NCBI GenBank assembly: GCA_963747225.1
Contig: CAVVES010000020.1
Span: 34,967 to 98,966 of the forward strand
Source of the DNA: an uncultured beta proteobacterium
Lineage (GTDB): Bacteria; Pseudomonadota; Gammaproteobacteria; Burkholderiales; JAEUMW01
Reading direction: 5' to 3'
Length of the DNA stretch: 64,000 nt
The translations under genes were made by a program, and so were the position numbers. Positions within the stretch are counted from its first letter, which is position 1, and each line of letters opens with the position of its first letter. Of this stretch, positions 17,410 to 26,153 are shown piece after piece. The notes beneath the pieces were generated by a model. The model did no database searches, was not told where the DNA came from, and saw only the letters and a list, made by a program, of their open reading frames with translations.

Positions 17410-19970
17410 CAGCGCTGCAAACCGCGAGGGGCAAGATTCGTCGAGGCGATGCCGAGGCCAGGACGGGGGACCTTCGCACCTGCCTCCCGCTCTGCCAGCC
17501 GCAATGCGTTGAGCACCACCAGCAGCGAACTCGTCGCCATGCCGATCCCCGCCATCCACGGCGTGACGTGACCGGCCACGGCAAGGGGTAGCGCGATCGC
17601 ATTGTAGGCAACGGCCCAAGCCAGGTTCTGGCGGATGATCCTGTGCGTCCTGCTGCTCAGGTCGAAGGCGCGCCCGAGATGTTCCAGCTGGTCCGAGATC
17701 AGGATCATGTCGCTCGTTGCCTGCGCCACCTGGGTGCCGCCGCCCATGGCGATGGACACCCCCGCCGCCGCCAGAACCGGCCCGTCGTTCACGCCGTCGC
17801 CGATCATCGCCACGACCGCGCCTTTCGCCTGGAGCGCCTGCACATACGCAAGCTTTTCCGCCGGAGTCGCGTTCGGCACGCTCTCGCCGATGCCGACACT
17901 CGCCGCCAACGCCCGCACCGCAGCAGCGCGATCTCCGGACAGCAACACCACCTGTCGTCCGGAAGCGGCGAGAGCGGAAACGAGTGCCTTCGCTCCGGGC
18001 CGGACCGTGTCGCCCAAGCGAAAGAGCGCCAGCCAGCCGTGCTTGTCACCGAGCCCCACGAGCGTGCACCCGTCCTCGAATTTCCGCTCCGGCATCGGAC
18101 CCGCCAAGTCCCCGACGAACGCCGGGGTGCCGAGACGAATTCGTCTATCCTCGACCCATCCCTCCACACCGGCGCCGGGTATGTTGTGCAGATGTTCCGC
18201 CATCGGCGCCGGTCCGTGCGCGACCTCTGCGCAGGCGAGGATCGCCCGCGCGATCGGATGCTCGGAAGCCGCCTCCAGCGCACACGCGACGCGCACCGCG
18301 TCAGCGCGCGAGATCGTGCCCAACGCGTCGACGGCGAGCACCTCCATTCGCCCGAGGGTAAGCGTCCCGGTCTTGTCGAAGATCACATGGGTCGCCCGCG
18401 AAAGCGTCTCGAGCGCGTGACCCCGGGTCACCACGACGCCGAGCCGCACCAGGGCGTCCGTCGCGACCGTGAGCGCGGCAGGGGTTGCAAGCGACAGCGC
18501 ACAGGGACAACTCACCACCAGCACCGACACCGTGATCCAGAGCGCGCGCGCTGGATCGACGTACAACCAGGTCACGGCAGTGAGCGCAGCAATCACCAGC
18601 AGCACACCCACGAACCACTGCGCCACGCGATCAGCTGCCTGGGCGAGCGCCGGTTTGTCGTTCGTGGCCCGATCCAGCAGGCGCAGAATGCCAGCGAGCA
18701 TGGTCTCCTGGCCGATCTTCTCGACCCGCACCACGACCGGGCCCGTCACGTTGACCGCGCCACCCGTGAGGCGCTCGCCCGTGCGCCGCGGAAGCGGCCG
18801 GCTCTCGCCGGATAGCAGCGCCTCGTCGACCTCGGTTTCTCCCTCGACGATCTCGCCGTCCGCGGGAATTGACTCTCCCGGCTTCACCAGCACGTAATCG
18901 CCGCGGCCAAGGGACGACACCGCGATGCGCTCACTTCCGCGCGTGGCAGGAAATGCGGGCAGGCGCTCCGCGAACGCCGGGATCAGCTTGAGCAGCTCTT
19001 CCGCTGCCCGCGATGCGCGGGCACGCGCGTTCATCTCGAGGAACCGTCCGCCGAGCAGCAGGAACACGAACATCGCGATCGAGTCGAAGTACACCTCGCC
19101 GCTGCCGCGCACGGTCGCCCAGGCGCTCGCCGCGAAAGCCACAGCCACGCCCAAAGCGACCGGTACGTCCATGCCGATGCGGCGCAATCGGAGATCGCGC
19201 CAGGCGCCGGAGAAGAAGGGCGCCGCCGAGTACAGCACCACCGGCACCGTGAGCAACAGGCTCGCCCAGCGCATGAGGCTTTCGATGTCTGCGCTCATGT
19301 CGCCGTTCGCGATGTAGGCCGGATAGGCGTACATCATCACCTGCATCATGCCGAAACCCGCGACGAAGAGGCGCCACAGGGCGTTCCTGCGCTCGCGCCG
19401 CTGGATTTCGTCGAACCGCGCGCGGTCGAAGGGATGGGCGGTATAGCCGATGTCGCTCACCGCCTTGAGGATCGTGGAAAGATCGAGCTCGCGGGCGTCC
19501 CAGCGCACGTAGGCGCGCCGCGTCGCGTAGTTGATGTCCACCGAAAGCACACCGGAAAGCTGCGCGAGATGCTGCTCGTTCAGCCAGACGCATGCGGCAC
19601 AGGTGATCCCTTCGAGGATCAGCGCCGCCTCGCGCGCGTGTGGGCCCGCAGCGCGTACGAAGCTGCGTTGCATGTCGGGATTGTCGTAGAGGCGCAGTTC
19701 TTCGAGTCGGGCGGGCACTGCTTCCTGTCCGCGCGCCGCAGGCACGGTGCGATGGCGATAGTAGGAATCGAGCCCGTGATGCACGATCGCTCCGGCTACG
19801 GCCTCGCATCCGCGACAGCACAGCGCGCGGGAGACGCCGTCTACTCGCACGGAATACCGGGCTCCCCGCGGCACTGTCAGGCCGCAGTGGAAGCACGGGA
19901 CATCCTCCGTCGCCGCAGGAAGATCGGTGACCGGAGCGGACCGTGCAACCGCCATTGCCTCCGTCCTCAT
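17409..19970 (-). CDS. ccoI: copper-translocating P-type ATPase CcoI/FixI
   Basis: 853 aa. CPC motif (VSCPCALSL), phosphorylation site FDKTGTLT, and the hinge GDGVNDGP. Confidence 0.92.
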   Translation of the reverse strand: MRTEAMAVARSAPVTDLPAATEDVPCFHCGLTVPRGARYSVRVDGVSRALCCRGCEAVAGAIVHHGLDSYYRHRTVPAARGQEAVPARLEELRLYDNPDMQRSFVRAAGPHAREAALILEGITCAACVWLNEQHLAQLSGVLSVDINYATRRAYVRWDARELDLSTILKAVSDIGYTAHPFDRARFDEIQRRERRNALWRLFVAGFGMMQVMMYAYPAYIANGDMSADIESLMRWASLLLTVPVVLYSAAPFFSGAWRDLRLRRIGMDVPVALGVAVAFAASAWATVRGSGEVYFDSIAMFVFLLLGGRFLEMNARARASRAAEELLKLIPAFAERLPAFPATRGSERIAVSSLGRGDYVLVKPGESIPADGEIVEGETEVDEALLSGESRPLPRRTGERLTGGAVNVTGPVVVRVEKIGQETMLAGILRLLDRATNDKPALAQAADRVAQWFVGVLLVIAALTAVTWLYVDPARALWITVSVLVVSCPCALSLATPAALTVATDALVRLGVVVTRGHALETLSRATHVIFDKTGTLTLGRMEVLAVDALGTISRADAVRVACALEAASEHPIARAILACAEVAHGPAPMAEHLHNIPGAGVEGWVEDRRIRLGTPAFVGDLAGPMPERKFEDGCTLVGLGDKHGWLALFRLGDTVRPGAKALVSALAASGRQVVLLSGDRAAAVRALAASVGIGESVPNATPAEKLAYVQALQAKGAVVAMIGDGVNDGPVLAAAGVSIAMGGGTQVAQATSDMILISDQLEHLGRAFDLSSRTHRIIRQNLAWAVAYNAIALPLAVAGHVTPWMAGIGMATSSLLVVLNALRLAEREAGAKVPRPGLGIASTNLAPRGLQR

Positions 19971-20035
19971 GGTCGCATGCTAGCGCAGCCGGAGCCGCGA
20001 TACGACCCTCAAATCGCCTCAACGAGAAAAAAGGC

Positions 20036-20057
20036 AGCCGTCGCTACCTTCCCTTCC
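20036..20057 (-). terminator. rho-independent terminator downstream of ompW
   Basis: On the minus strand: GGTAGC-GACG-GCTGCC (6-bp stem, one G-U pair) followed by TTTTTT, ~45 nt after the ompW stop. Confidence 0.55.
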
Positions 20058-20102
20058 ATCGATCTCGCCGCGGACAGCTGTCCGCAATGGCACCCAGGGG
20101 CG

Positions 20103-20771
20103 TCAGAAGCGATAACCGACGCCGATCCCGTAGACACACGGATCGATGGTGAGCTTGCTGTTCACGAGCTTCGGTCCGGGGTTGTTGCTCGTCACCTGCG
20201 TGTCGATCCAGATGTACTTGAAGTCGGCGTTCAGGTACCAGTTCTCCGTCAGCTTGTAGTCCAGGCCGATTTGCAGCGCTGGCCCCCAACTCGTGCTCGA
20301 AACGCTGAGGGGCAGACCGCCCGGAACGACAAACGGGACGACGAGGTTGCTCTCCGTAAACCACGTGAAGTTGACCCCCGCGCCAACGTAAGGCTTGAAG
20401 CGCCCCAAGTCGAGGTGATACTGCAGCGTCAGGGTTGGCGGGAGATGCTTGACCGTTCCGATCCCGCCCGAATAAAGCCCCGGCACGTCTAGCGATACCG
20501 GCTGGCTTTGCGGATAGGTCGCGATCAACTCGAGCGCGATGTTCTTTGTGAAGAAGTAGCTGACATCGACTTCCGGCGCCCAGCGGTTTTGCACGCTGAT
20601 CGCATCCGCCGGCAATCCCGCCACTCCGCCGGCGGCGGAACTGGAGTTGGGATCGATATTGATGGCGCGCGCCCGCACGAGCCACGGACCCACCTCCCCT
20701 TCTTCGGCACTGGCCACCAGCGGGCAGGCAAGGCTGGCGGCAATGACGCTCGCGATCAGAGTCGTCTTCAT
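20103..20771 (-). CDS. ompW: OmpW family outer-membrane protein
   Basis: 222 aa with a signal peptide ending ..LVASA. WLVRARAINIDPN and the C-terminal GIGVGYRF are typical of OmpW. Confidence 0.9.
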   Translation of the reverse strand: MKTTLIASVIAASLACPLVASAEEGEVGPWLVRARAINIDPNSSSAAGGVAGLPADAISVQNRWAPEVDVSYFFTKNIALELIATYPQSQPVSLDVPGLYSGGIGTVKHLPPTLTLQYHLDLGRFKPYVGAGVNFTWFTESNLVVPFVVPGGLPLSVSSTSWGPALQIGLDYKLTENWYLNADFKYIWIDTQVTSNNPGPKLVNSKLTIDPCVYGIGVGYRF

Positions 20772-20889
20772 GTACTTTTCCTCCTGTCTTCAAAGTTGGC
20801 GCCCACGGGACGCTTTTCGTCGTGCTAACGCGGCCGCTCGAGTCTTTGCTGTGCCGCACAAATCTTAGAAGCGTCGCCGGTGGCTCTTA

Positions 20890-20903
20890 TTGATCTAAAT
20901 CAA
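20890..20903. promoter_or_regulatory. perfect FNR/Anr box upstream of ompW
   Basis: TTGATCTAAATCAA lies ~125 nt upstream of the ompW ATG. Confidence 0.72.
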
Positions 20904-20999
20904 ACGTTCCCCAAATGATACGCCGTCGACTTCCTCAGCAAACATCGCTGTGCCCGCGATCCTGCGATCGACCGTGCTGACTCTCCGAATGTCGCGGCC

Positions 21000-21698
21000 G
21001 TGATCCCCTGGCTGCAGCGCAACGATCCGTTTCCCCCCGTCGAGAGGGCGCTCAAGAACCCGAACGGGCTGCTCGCCGCGGGTGGGGATCTCTCGGCTGC
21101 CCGTCTGCTGGACGCTTACCGTCGAGGCATCTTCCCCTGGTTCGGCGAGGGCGAGCCGATCCTCTGGTGGAGCCCCGACCCGCGCATGGTGCTGTTCCCG
21201 AGCGAGCTCAAGATCTCCCGCTCGCTCGCGAAACGGTTGCGGCGACGCGATTACGAGATAGAAGCCGATACCGCTTTCGCGGAGGTGATGAGGCAGTGCG
21301 CAGCGCCGCGACACGGGCAACCGGGAACCTGGATCACCGCGCCCATCATTCAGGCCTACCTGACGCTGCACGCCCTCGGGCACGCGCACTCGGTGGAGAC
21401 ATGGATCGGCGGCGAGCTCGCCGGAGGACTGTACGGCGTCGCGATCGGGCGCATGTTCTATGGGGAGTCCATGTTTGCGCGCGTGACGGACGCTTCCAAG
21501 ATCGCATTCGTCCACCTGGTCAGGCATCTTGAGCGCTGCGGGTTCGGGATGATCGACTGCCAGATGAAGACCGCCCATCTGGCGAGCTTCGGTGCGCGCG
21601 AGATTCCCCGGTCGAAGTTTACGAGTGTGATGGAAGAATTGATAAACTATCCCAACCTTCCTGGACCCTGGCGACTCGTCGATGACCCACCTGGGTGA
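21000..21698 (+). CDS. aat: leucyl/phenylalanyl-tRNA--protein transferase
   Basis: 232 aa, GTG start. [27 protein letters not shown] is characteristic of Aat. Confidence 0.9.
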   Translation: MIPWLQRNDPFPPVERALKNPNGLLAAGGDLSAARLLDAYRRGIFPWFGEGEPILWWSPDPRMVLFPSELKISRSLAKRLRRRDYEIEADTAFAEVMRQCAAPRHGQPGTWITAPIIQAYLTLHALGHAHSVETWIGGELAGGLYGVAIGRMFYGESMFARVTDASKIAFVHLVRHLERCGFGMIDCQMKTAHLASFGAREIPRSKFTSVMEELINYPNLPGPWRLVDDPPG

Positions 21699-22413
21699 TT
21701 TTCCGCTGTCGATGCTGCAGTTCTACGCAACGGCGCCCTATCCGTGCAGCTACCTCACGGAGAAGATGGCCCGTTCGCAGGTGGCCACGCCGAGCCATCT
21801 CATCGATACCACCGTCTACAGCGAACTTGTTCGTGCAGGTTTCCGTCGCAGCGGCGCGTTCACCTACCGGCCGTACTGCGACCACTGCCGCGCCTGCGTG
21901 CCGGTGCGCATCCTGACCGAAGCCTATCAGCCGAGCCGCGCCCAGCGCCGAGCGTGGAAACGCCACGAGGGACTCACCGCCCAACTCCTTGACCTCCGTT
22001 ACAGCCCGGAGCACTACGGCCTGTATCTTCGCTATCAGTCGCGTCGCCACAGCGGCGGCGGCATGGACCAGGACAGCCGCGAGCAGTATCGGCATTTCCT
22101 GCTCCAGAGCAACGTGGATTCGAACCTCGTGGAGTTCCGGGAGAACAGCATCCTGCGCATCGTCAGCATCGTGGACCGGCTGCAGGACGGTCTTTCCTCG
22201 GTCTACACTTTCTTCGATCCGACCATCGAAGGAGCCAGCTACGGCACCTACAACGTGATGTGGCAGGTGGAGCTGTGCCGCAAGCTCGGCTTGCCCTATC
22301 TCTATCTCGGCTACTGGATCGGCCAGAGCCGCAAGATGGCCTACAAGATCAATTTCCGCCCCATGGAGGGGCTGATCGACGACCGCTGGCAGACCCTGCC
22401 GCCGGCGCCCTGA
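21682..22413 (+). CDS. bpt: arginyl/leucyl-tRNA--protein transferase (Bpt/Ate)
   Basis: 243 aa. [12 protein letters not shown]...[13 protein letters not shown]...YLYLGYWI. A start at 21712 is also possible. Confidence 0.88.
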   Translation: MTHLGDFPLSMLQFYATAPYPCSYLTEKMARSQVATPSHLIDTTVYSELVRAGFRRSGAFTYRPYCDHCRACVPVRILTEAYQPSRAQRRAWKRHEGLTAQLLDLRYSPEHYGLYLRYQSRRHSGGGMDQDSREQYRHFLLQSNVDSNLVEFRENSILRIVSIVDRLQDGLSSVYTFFDPTIEGASYGTYNVMWQVELCRKLGLPYLYLGYWIGQSRKMAYKINFRPMEGLIDDRWQTLPPAP

Positions 22414-22464
22414 CGCGATACGCCGGTGGCCGCGGCCGCCGGCCCGGCGTGACGGAATTGGCCA

Positions 22465-23520
22465 ATGCTCTATTCGGCGGTACGCCGCGTCCTGTTTTGC
22501 CTCGAACCGGAAACTGCTCACCGCGTCACCCTTGCGGCACTCTCCGGGTTGGTTACCATCGGCTTGCGGCGCCTCGCGGGAGCGCCACCGCCGAGTGTGC
22601 CCCGTCGGGTTATGGGCATCGAATTCCCGAATCCGCTCGGGCTCGCCGCCGGCTTCGACAAGAACGCCGAGTACATCGACCTGATGGGCGCGCTGGGCTT
22701 CGGCTTTCTCGAAGTCGGTACCGTGACTCCCCGCCCTCAACCGGGCAATCCGCCACCCCGCATCTTCCGCATCCCCGAGAAGCACGCCCTCATCAATCGT
22801 CTCGGCTTCAACAATCAGGGTGTCGACGCCTTGCTGCGCAACGTCGAGCGATCCCGCTTCAAGGGCGTGCTCGGAATCAACATCAGCAAGAATTTCGATA
22901 CCCCGATCGAGAGTGCGCACGAGGACTACCTCACCTGCCTGCGGCGGGTCTATGTGCATGCGAGCTATGTCGCGGTGAACATCTCGTCGCCCAATACACC
23001 CGGACTGCGCGACCTGCAAAATGCTGAAGAGCTCGACAAGCTCCTCGGACTACTCAAGAATGAACAACAAGATCTGGCTGCAACCCACGGAAAATACGTG
23101 CCGATCGCGGTGAAGATAGCGCCGGACCTGGAGCCTGAGCAAGTCGAACAGATCGCCACGCTTCTCGTCAGGCACCGAATGGACGGTGTCATCGCAACCA
23201 ACACCACACTTTCGCGCGAGGGGCTGGAACATCTGCCCGTATCGCGGGAAGCGGGTGGCTTGAGCGGCGCTCCCTTGCGGGAGAGGTCGACGGCGGTACT
23301 GCGTCGCTTATCGAAAGTACTTGAAGGAAACGTGCCAATGATCGGCGTAGGCGGGATTTTTTCTGCGCATGATGCGCAGACAAAGCTGGATGCAGGTGCA
23401 AGTCTCGTGCAGGTCTACACCGGCTTCATCTACCGCGGTCCGGCGCTCATACGCGAGGTCGTCGAGGCGGTCGCCCGACAGGGCGAGCTTCCTCCGGTGA
23501 AAGGAAGGCAGTGGTCGTGA
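22465..23520 (+). CDS. pyrD: dihydroorotate dehydrogenase (quinone)
   Basis: 351 aa. GLAAGFDKN...[10 protein letters not shown]...[11 protein letters not shown]...GVGGI. Confidence 0.94.
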   Translation: MLYSAVRRVLFCLEPETAHRVTLAALSGLVTIGLRRLAGAPPPSVPRRVMGIEFPNPLGLAAGFDKNAEYIDLMGALGFGFLEVGTVTPRPQPGNPPPRIFRIPEKHALINRLGFNNQGVDALLRNVERSRFKGVLGINISKNFDTPIESAHEDYLTCLRRVYVHASYVAVNISSPNTPGLRDLQNAEELDKLLGLLKNEQQDLAATHGKYVPIAVKIAPDLEPEQVEQIATLLVRHRMDGVIATNTTLSREGLEHLPVSREAGGLSGAPLRERSTAVLRRLSKVLEGNVPMIGVGGIFSAHDAQTKLDAGASLVQVYTGFIYRGPALIREVVEAVARQGELPPVKGRQWS

Positions 23521-23552
23521 CACCGACGCACTTCAAAACCCTCCCGCCCTTG

Positions 23553-24239
23553 ATGAAAATTGAAAAGATCGACGGGTTGCTGCCCCAGACCCAGTGCCAG
23601 CGCTGCGGCTTCGGGGGTTGCCGCCCCTACGCCGAAGCCATCGAGGCGGGAGATGCCGACATCAATCAGTGCCCGCCCGGAGGCGTGGAAGGGGTAAGAC
23701 GGCTGGCCCGACTTCTCGGCGTCGAGCCGAAGCCGCTGGACCCATCGCGCGGGGCGCCTCCACCGTCTGCCGTAGCAGTGATCGACGAAAGTGCGTGCAT
23801 CGGATGCGCCCAGTGCCTCGGGCCGTGTCCGGTGGACGCCATCATCGGCGCGCCGCACCAGGTACACACCGTGATAGCTGCCTTGTGCACTGGCTGCGAA
23901 CTCTGCATCGCGCCTTGTCCGGTCGACTGCATCGCCATGAAGGTGGTCCCGGCGCCGGCCGACGAGTCGAAGTGGCAACGGAGAAGGCGCGAGAAGAAGG
24001 CTGCGGATGCTTCGCGCAAACGCCATGCGTTTCACCTTTTCCGGCACGAGCGCGAGGAGCGGGAGCGTGCCGCCATGCACGCGCGGGGAGCGGCTTCAGC
24101 AGGCGGCGGCAGGATCGCGGATCCGCGGCAGGCTGCGGTGCAGGCGGCGCTCGAGCGCGCGAAGGCGAAGCAGCACGCTGCCAGCGGCGACCGGCGTGCT
24201 CCAGACCCGAATGCGCCGGTTCCCGCGGAATCCGAATGA
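23553..24239 (+). CDS. RnfB/RsxB-like ferredoxin (stand-alone)
   Basis: Track ORF 23511..24239; preferred start is [23 protein letters not shown]. Two 4Fe-4S boxes are present: [12 protein letters not shown] and [12 protein letters not shown]. The stop overlaps the nth start (ATGA). Confidence 0.8.
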   Translation: MKIEKIDGLLPQTQCQRCGFGGCRPYAEAIEAGDADINQCPPGGVEGVRRLARLLGVEPKPLDPSRGAPPPSAVAVIDESACIGCAQCLGPCPVDAIIGAPHQVHTVIAALCTGCELCIAPCPVDCIAMKVVPAPADESKWQRRRREKKAADASRKRHAFHLFRHEREERERAAMHARGAASAGGGRIADPRQAAVQAALERAKAKQHAASGDRRAPDPNAPVPAESE

Positions 24240-24880
24240 ACGCCGCCAAGCGTCACGCGATCTTCGCGCGCCTGCGGGCGGGGAACCCCGCTCCCGCATC
24301 AGAGCTAGCCTATCAGACTCCGTTCGAACTCCTGATCGCTGTGATCCTTTCGGCGCAGGCGACCGACAAGAGCGTGAATGTCGCGACGGCGGAGCTCTTC
24401 CCCGCCGCCCATACCCCCGAGTCGATGCTGGCCCTGGGCCAAGCCGGACTCGAGTACTACGTGAAGCGCATCGGGCTCTACCGCATGAAGGCGAAACACA
24501 TCATCGAAACCTGCCGGTTGCTCATCGAACGCCACGGCGGGCAGGTGCCCGAGAATCGGGAAGCGCTCGAAACGCTTCCCGGCGTCGGCCGCAAGACCGC
24601 CAACGTGATTCTGAACACGGCGTTCGGTCAGCCCACCATCGCCGTGGACACGCATATTTTCCGCGTGGCAAACCGTACTGGCCTTGCAAAGGGGAAGACC
24701 GTCCTCGAAGTCGAGAAAAAACTCGAGAAGTCCACCCCTCCCGAATTCCGGCACAACGCCCATCACTGGCTCATCCTCCACGGACGCTACGTCTGCGTCG
24801 CCCGTAAACCGAAGTGCCCGAGCTGTCTGATCGAGGATTTGTGCGAGTATCCGAACAAGACCCAAGGAGTGAAAACGTGA
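24236..24880 (+). CDS. nth: endonuclease III
   Basis: This is the 214-aa tail of track ORF 23594..24880. Hh[17 protein letters not shown] and the FeS cluster loop [17 protein letters not shown]. Confidence 0.94.
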   Translation: MNAAKRHAIFARLRAGNPAPASELAYQTPFELLIAVILSAQATDKSVNVATAELFPAAHTPESMLALGQAGLEYYVKRIGLYRMKAKHIIETCRLLIERHGGQVPENREALETLPGVGRKTANVILNTAFGQPTIAVDTHIFRVANRTGLAKGKTVLEVEKKLEKSTPPEFRHNAHHWLILHGRYVCVARKPKCPSCLIEDLCEYPNKTQGVKT

Positions 24881-25007
24881 AGGGGTGAAACTGTGGAAGG
24901 ATGCAACGGTGGGAAGGTGGCTTAAGAAAAAAGCCGTACATCGCTGCTGACTTGACTTCTTCACGCCTTCAGTCATTCACTCGTTCACCCATTCACGCCT
25001 TTTCGCC
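24869..25007. repeat. dyad-symmetric pair of 8-bp-period pentamer arrays (GTGAA-N3 x~7 / N3-TTCAC x~7)
   Basis: Left array: GTGAAAAC GTGAAGGG GTGAAACT GTGGAAGG ATGCAACG GTGGGAAG GTGGCTTA (24869-24924). Right array pentamers at 24952, 60, 68, 76, 84, 92 and 25000: TTGAC TTCAC TTCAG TTCAC TTCAC TTCAC TTTTC. Pentamer pairs are mirror-registered about 24932.5. The spacers are not complementary. Confidence 0.7.
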
Positions 25008-25010
25008 TCC

Positions 25011-25466
25011 ATGTTCTCCCCTTCCCGCGATCAGGCCCGAAAATTCCTGTTCGACGCCTGGGCGAAGTACCGCGCGGGTGCTCCCCTTGAAGGATTGGAA
25101 GCGGTCGCTGTCGGCTTGATCTCCCTCCATTCGGAGTACCAGCCGCTGCTCGAAGATCGGGAACGCAATCTGGATCGGGAGTTCGGCCCAGAGCGGGGCG
25201 GCCTCAATCCGTTTCTCCACCTCTCGCTACATCTCGCGATCGAGGAGCAGCTCGCGATCGATCAGCCTCCGGGCATCCTGTCGCAGTACCAGCGCCTCGC
25301 CGCGCGGCTGGGTGACGAGCACGCGGCAAAGCACATTCTGCTCGAATGTCTCGGGGAGGTCGTCTGGAACGCCCAGCGCAACGCCACGGCGCCGGACGGC
25401 GAAGCTTACCTGCGCTGCATCCAACGTCACCTCGGTGAAAGGGCTGGCGGCTCCGGCAGCGTTTGA
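25011..25466 (+). CDS. DUF1841 family protein
   Basis: 151 aa. RKFLFDAWAKYRAG.PLEGLE...NPFLHLSLHLAIEEQL matches my memory of DUF1841. Confidence 0.75.
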   Translation: MFSPSRDQARKFLFDAWAKYRAGAPLEGLEAVAVGLISLHSEYQPLLEDRERNLDREFGPERGGLNPFLHLSLHLAIEEQLAIDQPPGILSQYQRLAARLGDEHAAKHILLECLGEVVWNAQRNATAPDGEAYLRCIQRHLGERAGGSGSV

Positions 25467-25573
25467 GCGCGGCACGGCAGACGATGCGCTCAACTCAGGC
25501 CGGTGTTCGTAACACCCCGGCCGGGAGGCGATGCTAGAATCCGCGTCCCACGTACTTCCACTTCGTTCGAACG

Positions 25574-26119
25574 ATGGCCGAAACATCCCACTTGAAGTTG
25601 CGCCCGATTCCGGCGCTCATATTCGCCAGCCGCTGGCTGCAGCTACCGCTGTACCTCGGACTGATCGTCGCGCAGTGCGTCTACGTCTGGCAGTTCTGGA
25701 AAGAACTGGTCCATCTGCTGCATATCGCGGCCGAGCGCAACGTCATCAACGAGACCCAGATCATGCTCGTAGTGCTGGGGCTGATCGACGTGGTGATGAT
25801 CGCGAACCTGCTCATCATGGTGATCGTCGGCGGCTACGAGACCTTCGTCTCACGGCTTTACCTGGAGGGGCATCCGGACCAGCCGGAGTGGCTATCGCAC
25901 GTTAACGCGGCGGTGCTCAAGGTGAAGCTCGCCACGGCCATCATCGGCATCTCTTCGATCCATCTGCTCAAGACGTTCATCAACGCGGAGCAGCTATCGC
26001 AGCACGTAATCATGTGGCAGGTCACCATTCACATCACGTTCCTGCTGTCCGCGATCGTGGTCGCCTGGACGGACCGAATCCTGGCGCCTACCCTGAAGGT
26101 CAAGCACGCGGCGCATTAG
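25574..26119 (+). CDS. yqhA: UPF0114 (YqhA) family membrane protein
   Basis: 181 aa. [17 protein letters not shown]...[28 protein letters not shown]. Confidence 0.82.
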   Translation: MAETSHLKLRPIPALIFASRWLQLPLYLGLIVAQCVYVWQFWKELVHLLHIAAERNVINETQIMLVVLGLIDVVMIANLLIMVIVGGYETFVSRLYLEGHPDQPEWLSHVNAAVLKVKLATAIIGISSIHLLKTFINAEQLSQHVIMWQVTIHITFLLSAIVVAWTDRILAPTLKVKHAAH

Positions 26120-26153
26120 GTGGTAGGCCGAGGGGATCGACGTACCGCTCCTG

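Noticed and set aside
24866-24915. The GGA-rich left repeat arm as a CsrA/RsmA-titrating small RNA.
   Set aside because: The GGA motifs follow from the GTGGA/GGGAAGG repeat variants. There is no promoter or terminator evidence and no hairpin-loop presentation of the GGA motifs.
25498-25522. The hairpin GGCCGGTGTT-CGT-AACACCCCGGCC after the DUF1841 gene, as an intrinsic terminator.
   Set aside because: The stem is good, but it has a bulge and a 3-nt loop, and no T-tract follows. It may be a structural element or a rho-dependent site, and I cannot call it.
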